DNA from: an uncultured Spirochaetota bacterium
Lineage (GTDB): Bacteria > Spirochaetota > Spirochaetia > SZUA-6 > Fen-1364
Assembly: GCA_963734545.1 (NCBI GenBank)
Contig: CAVTHO010000007.1
Coordinates: forward strand, 448,001-512,000
Reading direction: 5' to 3'
DNA length: 64,000 bases
A program made the position numbers and the translations under genes. Positions 48,305 to 58,726 of the stretch are shown here, one piece after another; within the stretch, counting starts at the first letter, position 1; the number at the start of each line of letters is the position of its first letter. The notes under the pieces are model-generated. The model was not told where the DNA came from. It made no database searches and was given only the letters and a program-made list of their open reading frames with translations.

Positions 48305-49306
48305 ATGCTGAGTGGAAAATCACTCCTGGTAACAGGCGGTACGGGCTCTTTCGGAAAGAAATTCATACGAACGATATTAGAAAAGTATCCGGAAATCGAG
48401 CGGATCGTCGTCTTCTCCCGGGACGAATTCAAGCAATTCCAGATGTCAAATCTCCCTTGGATCAAGGGCAGCCAGAAGATACGCTTCTTCATTGGCGACG
48501 TCAGGGACAAGGAAAGGCTGCTGCGAGCGTTCGACGGCGTGGATATTGTCGTGCATGCCGCGGCGCTCAAACAGATCCCCTCCTGCGAGTACAATCCGTT
48601 CGAGGCAATCAAGACGAACGTCCTGGGAGCGCAGAACGTCATCGACGCCGCGATTGACCGAAACGTGAGAAAGGTCGTAGCCCTCAGCACGGACAAGGCG
48701 TGCAATCCCATCAATCTCTATGGCGCCACCAAGCTGTGCTCGGACAAGCTGTTCGTTGCCGGAAATGCGTATGCGGGTCACCACGACACTGCATTTTCCG
48801 TTGTGCGATACGGAAATGTCGCCGGCAGCAGGGGGTCGGTCATTCCGTTCTTCAAGCAGCTCATTGCCTCAGGCGTGCCGGAACTCCCCATCACCGATCG
48901 CCGAATGACGCGCTTCTGGCTCAAGCTGGACGAAGCGGTCGACCTCGTGCTCAAGGCGCTTCGGGACATGCGCGGCGGAGAGCTGTTTGTGAAGAAAACC
49001 CCTTCGATCGAAATCGTCCGTCTCGCCGAGGCACTGGCCCCTTCGCTGCCGCTCAGAGATGTGGGGATCAGACCGGGAGAGAAAATCCACGAGATGATGA
49101 TCTCAAAGGAAGATGCCCGTAACACCTTGGAGTTCGACAAGTATTTCGTCATCCAGCCCGACTTCGAGTGGTGGAACAGAAACGAAGATTCCCTTCGGGG
49201 AAAAGCCGTCGCGGCCGACTTCGAGTATCACAGCGGGAACAATACGGACTGGCTGTCGGTGGAGCAGATGAAGGTTCTTATCGACGAGCTCGACGGCGAT
49301 GAGTAA
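48305..49306 (+). CDS. pseB: UDP-GlcNAc 4,6-dehydratase (inverting)
   Basis: TGGTGSFG, FSRDEFKQ, HAAALKQ, STDKA, YGATKL, RYGNVAGSRGS and MTRFW motifs. Confidence 0.93.
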   Translation: MLSGKSLLVTGGTGSFGKKFIRTILEKYPEIERIVVFSRDEFKQFQMSNLPWIKGSQKIRFFIGDVRDKERLLRAFDGVDIVVHAAALKQIPSCEYNPFEAIKTNVLGAQNVIDAAIDRNVRKVVALSTDKACNPINLYGATKLCSDKLFVAGNAYAGHHDTAFSVVRYGNVAGSRGSVIPFFKQLIASGVPELPITDRRMTRFWLKLDEAVDLVLKALRDMRGGELFVKKTPSIEIVRLAEALAPSLPLRDVGIRPGEKIHEMMISKEDARNTLEFDKYFVIQPDFEWWNRNEDSLRGKAVAADFEYHSGNNTDWLSVEQMKVLIDELDGDE

Positions 49307-50462
49307 GGTCTATTCTTATGGGCGGCAGTCGATCTCGCGCGGCGATATACGGGAGGTGGTAAAGGTCCTCAGGTCTCCCTGGCTCACTCAAGGGCCCAAG
49401 GTGGCCGAGTTCGAAAGAGCCCTCTGCGCGTACACGGGGGCAAAATACGCCCTCGCTGCCGCGAACGGGACGGCAGCCCTTCACCTGGCCATGCTGGCCC
49501 TGGATGTGCCTGCCGGTGCCCGAGTCCTCACGTCTCCGATAACATTCGTCGCTTCCGCGAACTGCGCGCGGTATGTGGGGCTCGATGTGGATTTCGCAGA
49601 CATCGAAGAAGACACGGCCTGTGTTGACCCCTCGAGCATCTCCCAGCGGATAGACTCCCGGACCCGGGTGATCATTCCCGTTCATTTTACCGGAAGACCC
49701 TGCAACATGGCGGAGATTTCCAGAATCGCGCGGAAGGCCGGAGCGTTCATTGTCGAGGACGCTGCGCACGCCATCGGGTCAGAGTACAAGGGAAACCGGA
49801 TCGGTTCCTGCACCTACTCGGACATGACTGCGTTCTCGTTCCACCCCGTAAAGACTATCACGACCGCGGAGGGCGGTGCGGTCACGACGAACGACGGGCG
49901 TCTCTATGAACGCCTGGTGACGCTGAGGAATCACGGGATTACCAGGGACTCGTCGAAGCTGCTTGCCGAAAACGAGGGCCCGTGGTACTACGAGATGCAG
50001 ACCCTCGGATACAACTACCGGCTTACGGATATGCAGGCCGCGCTCGGTACTTCACAACTCGGGCGACTGGACAAAGTTGTCGCGCGCCGCCGCCACATCG
50101 TGAAGCTGTATCGCAGCGAGCTCTCCTCCCTCCCGGGATGCTCCATGCTTTCCGCTGATGACGATGCTCATTCGGCCTACCACTTGTTCCCGATCCTGGT
50201 GGACTTCTCGCGGCTGACGATATCCAAAGCGCGCATGTTCGAGCTGCTCGAGGAGAAAGGGCTGCGCCTCCAAGTCCATTACATTCCTGTCCACTTACAG
50301 CCATACTACCGCAAGCTCGGTTTCGGTCCGGGGATGTTCCCTCACGCGGAAGCCTACTACGCGAAGACAATCTCTCTTCCCCTCTTCCCATCGCTCTCAG
50401 ACCGGGAAATCCGGAAGATCGCTGGAATTGTCCGGGAAATCGTTGCACGCAACCATGCTTGA
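49299..50462 (+). CDS. pseC: UDP-4-amino-4,6-dideoxy-AltNAc transaminase
   Basis: YGRQSI, LTQGP, EDAAHA, SFHPVKTITTAEGG, GYNYRLTD and VHYIPVH motifs. Confidence 0.92.
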   Translation: MSKVYSYGRQSISRGDIREVVKVLRSPWLTQGPKVAEFERALCAYTGAKYALAAANGTAALHLAMLALDVPAGARVLTSPITFVASANCARYVGLDVDFADIEEDTACVDPSSISQRIDSRTRVIIPVHFTGRPCNMAEISRIARKAGAFIVEDAAHAIGSEYKGNRIGSCTYSDMTAFSFHPVKTITTAEGGAVTTNDGRLYERLVTLRNHGITRDSSKLLAENEGPWYYEMQTLGYNYRLTDMQAALGTSQLGRLDKVVARRRHIVKLYRSELSSLPGCSMLSADDDAHSAYHLFPILVDFSRLTISKARMFELLEEKGLRLQVHYIPVHLQPYYRKLGFGPGMFPHAEAYYAKTISLPLFPSLSDREIRKIAGIVREIVARNHA

Positions 50463-51212
50463 GATTGGCCTGAAGCTGTGGTCGTCGAACGTGAGCTTTA
50501 TTCCCATTGCGCATCGGCTGCACGAACTGGGCGTCTACCGCTACATCGAGCTCTACTCCGTCCCGGGTCCCTCTCCGATACCATCCGTCCATGGAGGGAC
50601 CTGGGGGTGCCTTTCGTGATTCATGCGCCGCATTCGGGTCATGGCATGAATCTCGCGCGCTCCGAACGCCGGGAGACCAATTCCGTTTTGATCGATGAAG
50701 CGCGGCGATTCGCGGATGAGCTCAAGGCAGACTCTATCATCCTTCATCCGGGAGTCGCGGGAAGCATAGACGAAACGGCACGCCAGATCCGGAGCATCAA
50801 AGATGAGCGCCTTCTGATCGAGAACAAGCCATACTACTCGATCTATGACCATTCGGTGTGCAACGGCTACTCGCCGCAGGATATCAGGTACATCATGGAG
50901 GAGACCGGCGTCGGCTTTTGTCTCGACTTCGCCCATGCCATCAGCGCGGCGAACGCCCTGGCGGTGGACCGGATAGGATGGGTCGCGCGTCTTGTGAAAC
51001 TCGAACCCCGGATATTCCACCTCAGCGACGGCGAATACGATGGAGTAGAGGACAAGCACCTGAGCCTGGGTCAGGGCAGCTATCAGTTGCCCGCGCTTGT
51101 CTCGTTTCTGCCGCGGGACGCTCGCGTTACGCTGGAGACGGAAAAGGACGAGAAACTCGAAAGGTTCCAGGCAGACGTATCGGCCCTGCAAGCGGCGCTC
51201 GGTGCAGCGTAG
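50455..51212 (+). CDS. AP-endonuclease-2/xylose-isomerase-like TIM-barrel metalloprotein (frameshift near 50565)
   Basis: IHAPH, ILHPG, IENKP, LDFAHA, FHLSDG, DKHL and TLET metal-ligand pattern. Confidence 0.75.
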
Positions 51213-51811
51213 TGCGAGTGCTTTTTCTCACCGGCAGTGACGTCTCCGCACCGCTCATTGATTGGTTGAAAACGGCCGCGGGCGTGCAGGTCGCGCGATA
51301 CTCTGAGCCGATCTCTGTTCAGGTTTGCGACGAAATCCAGCCGGACACGGTAGTGAGTTACAACTATCGTCACATCATCAGGCCCGATGTGCTGGAACGC
51401 GTGCACGGGAAAGCGATAAATCTCCACATCTCGTACCTTCCGTGGAACCGGGGCGCCCATCCTAATGTGTGGAGTTTTCTCGATGATACGCCCAAGGGAG
51501 TGACCATCCATCTCGTTGACGAGGGCATTGATACGGGAGGGATCCTTCTCCAGCATGAGCTCCAGTTCGACCCTGACACGGAAACCTTCCAGACAAGCTA
51601 CGAAAAGCTGCATGTAAAGATACAAGAGCTTTTCATTGAGGGGTGGGGGGGGCTTCGCTCCTTCTCGCTTCCGGCCAAAATACAAAATCCTCGCGAGGGA
51701 TCGAGGCATTTTGCACGCGACCTCGACCGGCTTCGCGAGATTGCCGGGAGCAGCCTCTGGAACACGCCAATCTCAGAGATTAAACGGAGGTACCGCAACG
51801 CGGCGCCATGA
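51212..51811 (+). CDS. Sugar N-formyltransferase
   Basis: SYNYRHII, INLHISYLPWNRGAHP and GVTIH..DEGIDTG motifs. Confidence 0.85.
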   Translation: MRVLFLTGSDVSAPLIDWLKTAAGVQVARYSEPISVQVCDEIQPDTVVSYNYRHIIRPDVLERVHGKAINLHISYLPWNRGAHPNVWSFLDDTPKGVTIHLVDEGIDTGGILLQHELQFDPDTETFQTSYEKLHVKIQELFIEGWGGLRSFSLPAKIQNPREGSRHFARDLDRLREIAGSSLWNTPISEIKRRYRNAAP

Positions 51812-52854
51812 TTTCAATTGAAACTGCACGTATCGGAACCGGGAGTCCCCCCTTTATCGTTGCCGAAATGTCGGGCAACCACAACCGTTCACTGGAAACC
51901 GCCCTTGCAATTGTGGACGCGGCGGCACGCAGCGGCGCGCATGCCCTGAAGCTGCAGACATACACGCCGGACACAATGACGCTCGACCTTTCCACGGCTG
52001 ACTTCACTATCAACGAGGAAGGAAGCCCGTGGAAAGGTGAAACGCTCTATCAGCTCTACGCAAAGGCATATACTCCCTGGGATTGGCACCGACCCATCCT
52101 CGACCGCTGCAGGAAGCTCGGCATCCTTGGGTTCAGCACGCCGTTCGATGAAACGGCGGTAGATTTTCTCGAGACGTTGGATGTCCCCTGCTACAAAGTG
52201 GCATCATTCGAGCTGATCGATCAGAGACTCTTGAAAAGAATTGCGCGGACGGGAAAGCCCGTCATCCTTTCAACCGGCATGGCCAGCCTCGCGGAGCTTG
52301 ACGAGTCCGTGTCGACTCTTCGGAGCAGCGGGTGCCGAAATCTGGTATTGCTCAAATGCACAAGCTCTTACCCGGCCCCGCCAGATCGCAGCAATATCCT
52401 GACCATACCTCACATGAATAAACTCTTCGGTTGCGAGGTCGGATTGTCCGACCATACGAGAGGAATCGGCACAGCGGTAGCTGCCGTTGCGCTCGGCGCC
52501 TCCGTGATCGAAAAGCACTTCACGCTCGCGCGCGCCGACGGCGGAGTGGATGCCGAGTTCTCTCTGGAGCCCGACGAGCTTTCCGCGCTGGTGCGCGAAT
52601 GCCATTCCGCGTGGCAGGCGCTCGGTACGATCAGCTACGGAATTCTCAGCGAGGAACGAAACTCGATCCGGTTTCGTCGATCGCTCTACATCGTCGCTGA
52701 TATGAAGGAAGGGGAGCCCTTCTCACACGACAATATCCGTTCAATCCGGCCGGGATGGGGTCTGCCCCCCAAGTACTTCGATATTCTCCTGGGAAAACGC
52801 GTGACCAGAAGCGTCGCCAAAGGGACTCCCGTGAGTTGGGATCTCATCCAATGA
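51808..52854 (+). CDS. pseI: Pseudaminic acid synthase
   Basis: AEMSGNHN, KLQTYTPDT, KVASFE, LKCTSSYP, GLSDH, EKHF and a C-terminal SAF domain. Confidence 0.92.
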   Translation: MISIETARIGTGSPPFIVAEMSGNHNRSLETALAIVDAAARSGAHALKLQTYTPDTMTLDLSTADFTINEEGSPWKGETLYQLYAKAYTPWDWHRPILDRCRKLGILGFSTPFDETAVDFLETLDVPCYKVASFELIDQRLLKRIARTGKPVILSTGMASLAELDESVSTLRSSGCRNLVLLKCTSSYPAPPDRSNILTIPHMNKLFGCEVGLSDHTRGIGTAVAAVALGASVIEKHFTLARADGGVDAEFSLEPDELSALVRECHSAWQALGTISYGILSEERNSIRFRRSLYIVADMKEGEPFSHDNIRSIRPGWGLPPKYFDILLGKRVTRSVAKGTPVSWDLIQ

Positions 52855-52978
52855 ACACGGCGACATCGCTCTCAGTTGCGCTGCCGCCAAGCGACCTGCC
52901 ACGCCGATCTAGGTAGAAGACTGGGCTACCGCTGAGCTCAAATCGCGATTGTTGTCCGACAAGGAGGACGGGTAGGCC

Positions 52979-53584
52979 ATGGTTGCCATTATCGACTACG
53001 GCATGGGCAATGTCGCATCGGTGTCCAACGCCTTGCGGCACCTGGGAGCCGATACGTGCGTTACTGACGACGCAGCCGTCATCGACACAGCGGATCGGAT
53101 TATTCTCCCCGGGGTAGGCGCCTTTGGAGACGGGATGATGAACATCCGCAAGCGCGGTCTCGAGACAATATTACGTGAACAAGTCCTCGAGAAAGGGAAA
53201 CTTTTTCTTGGTATTTGCCTGGGAATGCAGCTCATCTGCACGGAGAGCGCCGAGTTCGGGCGTCACGAAGGACTTGGGTGGATCAACGCATCGGTCAGAC
53301 AACTGCCTCTCGACAAATGCAGCCGGGTTCCGCACATAGGGTGGAATGATATTGCAATCGCGTGCCCCAATCCGCTGATTACCCTAAAAAGCATCACTGA
53401 CTACTACTTCGTTCATAGCTATTACGTGGATTGCCATGACCCCTCCGACGTCATTGCCACCTGCGAATACGGAATCCCGATCGTCGCGGCAATCGGCCGC
53501 GGCAGGATCTTCGGGACGCAGTTTCATCCGGAGAAAAGCCAGACGGCAGGGCTTGCCCTGCTTTCCAACTTTCTCGCACTTTGA
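52979..53584 (+). CDS. HisH-like glutamine amidotransferase subunit (WbuY-type, glycan locus)
   Basis: IIDYGMGN, LPGVGAF, GICLGMQ, YFVHSY and QFHPEKS motifs. Confidence 0.88.
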   Translation: MVAIIDYGMGNVASVSNALRHLGADTCVTDDAAVIDTADRIILPGVGAFGDGMMNIRKRGLETILREQVLEKGKLFLGICLGMQLICTESAEFGRHEGLGWINASVRQLPLDKCSRVPHIGWNDIAIACPNPLITLKSITDYYFVHSYYVDCHDPSDVIATCEYGIPIVAAIGRGRIFGTQFHPEKSQTAGLALLSNFLAL

Positions 53585-53597
53585 CCGGAAAAAGCGC

Positions 53598-54407
53598 ATG
53601 CTCAAACGAAGGCTGATTCCACTACTCTTCTTTAAAAACGGTCTGATTGTCCGCAGTGAGCAGTTCTCCTATCACCAGAACCTGGGAAACGTAGTTGACG
53701 AAGCCCAGCGATACAGCGACTGGCACGTCGATGAGCTGGTGTACATCGACATCACCCGGGAAGGCGAGTATGACCTTCGCAGGGACGATCTGAAAGTGAA
53801 GAGCAGCGCGACCGTCAGCGCGTTGCTCAGGCAGATTTCAGAGGTCTGCTACATGCCTTTGACCTTCGGCGGAGGCATCCGCTCGGTCGAAGACATACGC
53901 ATCCGGATCTCGAACGGCGCTGACAAGGTAACCCTGAACACCGTGTTCCTGACCAACCCAGAGGTCGCTTCAGAGGGAGCAAGACTGTTCGGCAGCCAGT
54001 GCATTGTGGCCTCGATCGACTATCGAATGAGAGAAGGAGGATCCGTGGTGTATGTGGAGAACGGGGCGAAGAGCACAGGCGCGAGCGTCATGGAATGGAT
54101 CCGTCGGGTGGAGGACTACGGCGCGGGGGAAATCCTCCTCAATGCGATTGATCGCGATGGCATGGCGAACGGCTATGATCTTGATACCATTCGTGCCGCT
54201 GTTGCCTCCACCACGCTCCCCGTCATTGCAGCGGGCGGCGCAGGCGTCTTCGACGATTTTGTCGAGGTTGCGCTCGAAACAAATGTATCAGCAATCGCTG
54301 CTGGAAACATTTTCCATTTCACGGAAAACAGCTACCCGCGCGCGAAAAGGCATCTGCTGAAAAGCAAGGTCGATGTCCGTCCCCAGTATGAGGGTGCAAC
54401 AGAATGA
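53598..54407 (+). CDS. HisF-like cyclase subunit (WbuZ-type, glycan locus)
   Basis: MLKRRLIP, DELVYIDI, TFGGGIRS, GADKV, GAGEILLNAIDRDG and GYD motifs. Confidence 0.85.
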   Translation: MLKRRLIPLLFFKNGLIVRSEQFSYHQNLGNVVDEAQRYSDWHVDELVYIDITREGEYDLRRDDLKVKSSATVSALLRQISEVCYMPLTFGGGIRSVEDIRIRISNGADKVTLNTVFLTNPEVASEGARLFGSQCIVASIDYRMREGGSVVYVENGAKSTGASVMEWIRRVEDYGAGEILLNAIDRDGMANGYDLDTIRAAVASTTLPVIAAGGAGVFDDFVEVALETNVSAIAAGNIFHFTENSYPRAKRHLLKSKVDVRPQYEGATE

Positions 54408-55641
54408 GCAAGGTACCTCCCAAAATGACCTACTGCACCCGGTGCGTTTACCCGGCCTCGTCCGCCGTGCCGCTGGCGTTCGACGAGAACGGCGTCTGTT
54501 CCGGATGCAGAACCTCCATGCAACGCGAAGCCGTTGACTGGGATCGGCGGCGAAAGCAGTTCGGGCGCATTTGTGATCAGTACAGGTCCGCGGATGGCAC
54601 CCGCTACGACTGTCTCATCCCCGTTTCCGGTGGCAAGGACAGCTATTTTCAGATCCACACAATGAAGAACGTGTTCGGCATGCACCCGCTTCTGGTGACC
54701 TATCACGGGAACAACTATACAGAGACGGGGATGAAGAACCTGCTTAACATGCGCGAGGTTTTTGGCTGCGATCACATATTCTTCACTCCCAGCATAGAGG
54801 TGCTGGTCAAGCTGAATCGGATCGGCTTCAAGCTTATGGGTGATATGAACTGGCACGCGCATGCAGGGATCTTCACCTATCCTGTACGCGCCGCGGTGCA
54901 GATGAATGTGCCGCTCATGATCTGGGGAGAGCATGGGTTCATGGACCTTGGCGGCATGCATTCGTACAACGATTTTGTTGAGTTCACCTATCGTCACCGG
55001 CACGAGCACAGTCTCCGGGGTTTCGAATGGTACGACATGACGGACGAAGGCCTCGAGAAGCTCAACAGGCCGGATTCGCCGGGAGGGGCTTACCGCCCAG
55101 GATCTCATTGCCCTGGATGTACCCAAACGACGCGGAAATCGAGCGGGTCGGGGTGCGGGGGATTTTTATGTCCAATTACATTCGCTGGGAAGCAAACGAG
55201 CATGGTCCGATGGTGGTCGAGCGCTACGGTTTCAAGGGGGCCGAGACTCCCTTCGAGCGGACATATCGGAGGCTATCGAATCTCGACGACATGCATGAGA
55301 ATGGTATGCACGATTACCTCAAGTTCATCAAGTTCGGCTACGGACGCGCATCGGATCATGTGTGTAAGGACATTCGCGCAGGGAAGCTGACGAGGGAACA
55401 GGGGATCGAGATTATCATGAAAATGGACCCGATCAAGTCCCGCGATTTGCAGCGGTGGCTGCCCTACGTCAACATGAGCGAGGAAGAGTTCGACCGCATT
55501 GCGGACACATTCCGCGACCCGCGGGTCTGGTGGATCAGGAAGGGTGAGTGGTGGAAGGCTAACATTACCGGCTCACCTTCCGCGTATGGCAGCGTCAATC
55601 TTCCGCGAGATCAGTGGGATCGGTATTACGTCGAAGAGTGA
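54404..55641 (+). CDS. N-acetyl-sugar amidotransferase (WbuX/PseA family; frameshift around 55075-55100)
   Basis: YCTRC..GVCSGC, YDCLIPVSGGKDS PP-loop, WGE, HDYLKFIKFGYGRA and IRAGKLTRE motifs. Confidence 0.88.
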
Positions 55642-55923
55642 AGTACTCATGGTCCTACTGGGACCGGGAATCCAACGGCACCTTCGGAGAACCATGAACG
55701 CGCAGACTGTCTACCGGTCCGGAGCATTTGGCGAGCGGTACCGCCCTCGTAAGACGGAGTTCGATGATGAACTGCAGCGGGTGGAGAGGCCGGAGAAGCT
55801 CTCCCGCGTTGATCCGGATTCGATACGCTCCGTGCCGGAGTGCGGCAGTGCGGGGAAATGGACCGACTGGCAGCCGGCAATATCCGCATGATGAATCTCA
55901 GGGCTGACGGGAGGTCATTTGCC

Positions 55924-56961
55924 ATGGCACTTTTTTCAGAAAAAGAAATACGACCGCCAAATGTGCTTGTTGGGCAGCAGATTGCGATCAGGCAGGATAT
56001 CGGCTTCCTGCTCAGCAGGTATGATCAGTTCGTGAAGACCGCATGTCCTGCATGCCGAGGGGTCACAACCAAGCCCCATCTCGCGAAGCACGGGTTCACC
56101 TATGACCTGTGCAATTCGTGCGGGACGGTCTTCATGAATCCTCGCGCACCGGAGGCTGTTCTGGCGGATTTCTACCGCGCGTCGGCCAACTATGCATACT
56201 GGAACAAGTACATCTTTCCCGCTTCGGCAACGGTGCGGAGGGAACGGATATTCCGGCCGCGGGTGGAGAAAATCATTGACATCTGCGAACGTCACACGAT
56301 ACGCATGGGTGTATTGGTGGAGATCGGGTCTGGATTCGGAACTTTTCTGGAGGAGATGACATTAAAAGGAGCCTTCGAGACAGTCCTGGGGATCGAGCCA
56401 ACGCCGGACCTTGCGCGAACTTGTAGAGAGAAGGGGCTGAAGATCGTCGAGCGCACCGTCGAAGAGGCAGCGCGGGACGGGACACTCCCTCAGGCGGACG
56501 TCATCGTCTCTTTCGAGGTCATCGAGCACCTTTTCGATCCTGGCGCGTTCGTCGAATATTGCGGACGCCTTCTTGTCCCAGGGGGAGTATTCGTTTCCAC
56601 GTGCCCCAACTGGGAGGGTTTCGATCTTCAGGTGCTCGGAACAGTATCCGATGCAATCGATCATGAGCACGTCAACTACTTCACTCCGAGCTCGATCGCC
56701 ACTCTTTGTCGTGACCGAGGCCTGATCCCGCTCGGCATTGAGACCACGGGAGAGTTGGATGCTGAGATAGTCAGGAATAAGGTGCTGGAGGGACGGTTTT
56801 CCCTGGATTCCAATCCGTTCCTCAAAAGAGTGCTCGTGGACAGATGGGAAGATCTCGGTGGATCGTTTCAGGAGTTTCTCAAGAAGTCGAATCTCTCGTC
56901 GAACATGACCATCGTCGCCATAAAACCGAGGCTCGACGATTCTCCGCCTTCGGTCAGTTGA
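55924..56961 (+). CDS. Class I SAM methyltransferase with N-terminal Zn-binding Cys motif
   Basis: CPAC..CNSC, VEIGSGFG, GIEP, FEVIEHL and EHVNYF motifs. Confidence 0.85.
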   Translation: MALFSEKEIRPPNVLVGQQIAIRQDIGFLLSRYDQFVKTACPACRGVTTKPHLAKHGFTYDLCNSCGTVFMNPRAPEAVLADFYRASANYAYWNKYIFPASATVRRERIFRPRVEKIIDICERHTIRMGVLVEIGSGFGTFLEEMTLKGAFETVLGIEPTPDLARTCREKGLKIVERTVEEAARDGTLPQADVIVSFEVIEHLFDPGAFVEYCGRLLVPGGVFVSTCPNWEGFDLQVLGTVSDAIDHEHVNYFTPSSIATLCRDRGLIPLGIETTGELDAEIVRNKVLEGRFSLDSNPFLKRVLVDRWEDLGGSFQEFLKKSNLSSNMTIVAIKPRLDDSPPSVS

Positions 56962-56982
56962 TATGAAGCTGCAGGACATCAC

Positions 56983-58681
56983 ATGAAAGCCATCTTTCGG
57001 TGGATTCGCCAAACCGGTGGTCTTGTTCTGCGCGCCTTGCGACTGCGACGGAGTTCGCTTGGTACAGCCCTCAGGCGTTTTCTCTCGCGCCATCGGACTG
57101 ACGCGGATGAGAACCCGATGATCCTTGCCTGGGAGCTTGGGGGATTTCCAGGTCTTTTCAAGAAGAACGCGATTCTGGCAACGGCACTGCGAGTCAGAGG
57201 CTATAGGACGCACGCGATCCTCTGCAACGGCATTGCCCGAGCCTGTATCCAGAGAGGGCTCGAGGAGAAACTGGAAATCCGGGGACTGGGGGAAAGTCTG
57301 AAGAGGATGCCTTGCCTCCATGACAGCAGTCGCGAGAACTTACGACATGTCGTATTCAACCGTGGGCCGCTATGTCAGCCGGCGCACGAGGCGAGTCTTC
57401 AGGCGGTTGTCCGCATCGCTCGGTAGGGAGGCGATGTTCCGTTACAAGTACCTTGGCGTCAACGTGGGCGAGCTCGCCTGGAGTTCCCTCAACCGGTACA
57501 TGAAGGGTTTCATCATCGACATTGTGCAGATGCGCGAGCAGGAGGAACTTCTCTTCCGCGAGTACTTCTACGCGGCTCTCGTAAACACGCATGCGGCGCA
57601 AGAGGCAGTTCGTCGATTTGCTCCCCAGAGCATATATACATCGCACGGCGTTTATGTAGACTATGCGCCTCCCATGACGGTCTCGATTCTCAACGGGGTC
57701 AAGTCGATAAGCTGGGCCAGCGGCTACGCCAACTCGCTGCACTACTTCACTGTACCGAAGGGAACGAACAAGCTCGAGCTGACAGGGATCTCTGAGAGTG
57801 CATGGAGAAAACGGCTCGCGAAACCGCTGGACGGATTCGAGCAAGAGCGGCTGGACCGATACATAACGAACAGGTACTACAGGTTCAATGCTCGAGACAT
57901 CAAGATCACCGCACCCCCCGTAGAACGACAGGAAATCCGTCGCGCGCTGGGTATCGAGAACGACAGACCAGTTGTTTGCCTGTTTACACATATCAATTGG
58001 GATGCCTGCTTCGACCTTGGAACAATGCTCGTTCGACACCGCGAATCAGTGGGTTGTCGAATCGCTGCGGATGATGATCGCCACCACAAACGTGAACTGG
58101 TTGGTGGAATTCATCCAGCGGAGCAAACCGAGGGCAGCCTTTATACCACGGACGATCTGATCAGACGAGAATTCCCCGCGCTCCCGCCCCACATCAAAGT
58201 TCTCTGGCATGACTCCGGCATCAATTCGCTGTCGGTTTTCAGAGTGGTCGATGTGGGTATCACCATTTTCGGCACAGTGGGCGTGGAATTATCCTTGCTC
58301 GGCAAATCGGTCATCCTCGCAGGAAACGCCCATTTCTCCGGAAAGGGATTCACGATCGATCCAAAGAGCCGTTCGGAATACTTGGCACTACTCGAGCAGG
58401 CGGAGCAGATAGGACCACCCGCGCCCGAACAGCAACAGATCGCCCGACAGTATGCCTACAGCTACTTTATTGAGCGGCAGATACCCCTGAGCCAACTGGA
58501 TAAAGCGCGAGGTAATTGGGGCGACGTCGATATTCGAAGGATTGCAGACATGCTGCCTGGGAAAGACCCGGTCCTCGACCGCATCTGCGAATCGATCGTG
58601 AGAGGAACTGATGTTATCCTGGACGAGAGTGAGATTTCCCGGCACGAGTCGGAGGGCAGGCCTGCTGTTGATAAAGTTTGA
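56983..58681 (+). CDS. Capsule polysaccharide biosynthesis protein, KpsS/KpsC-like GT-B (frameshifts near 57285 and 58030-58105)
   Basis: SHGVY, FTHINWDA, IHPAE and GITIFGTVGVELSLLGKSVI, resembling the HP and TINST-like motifs of ulosonic-acid transferases. Confidence 0.65.
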
Positions 58682-58726
58682 GATAGCACATTTGCCGCGG
58701 TATTCTCACCTGAAGCAGGACAAGGG

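Noticed and set aside
52979-54407. Histidine-biosynthesis hisH/hisF
   Set aside because: They adjoin a WbuX-type amidotransferase inside a glycan locus with no other his genes; these are glycan-modifying paralogues.
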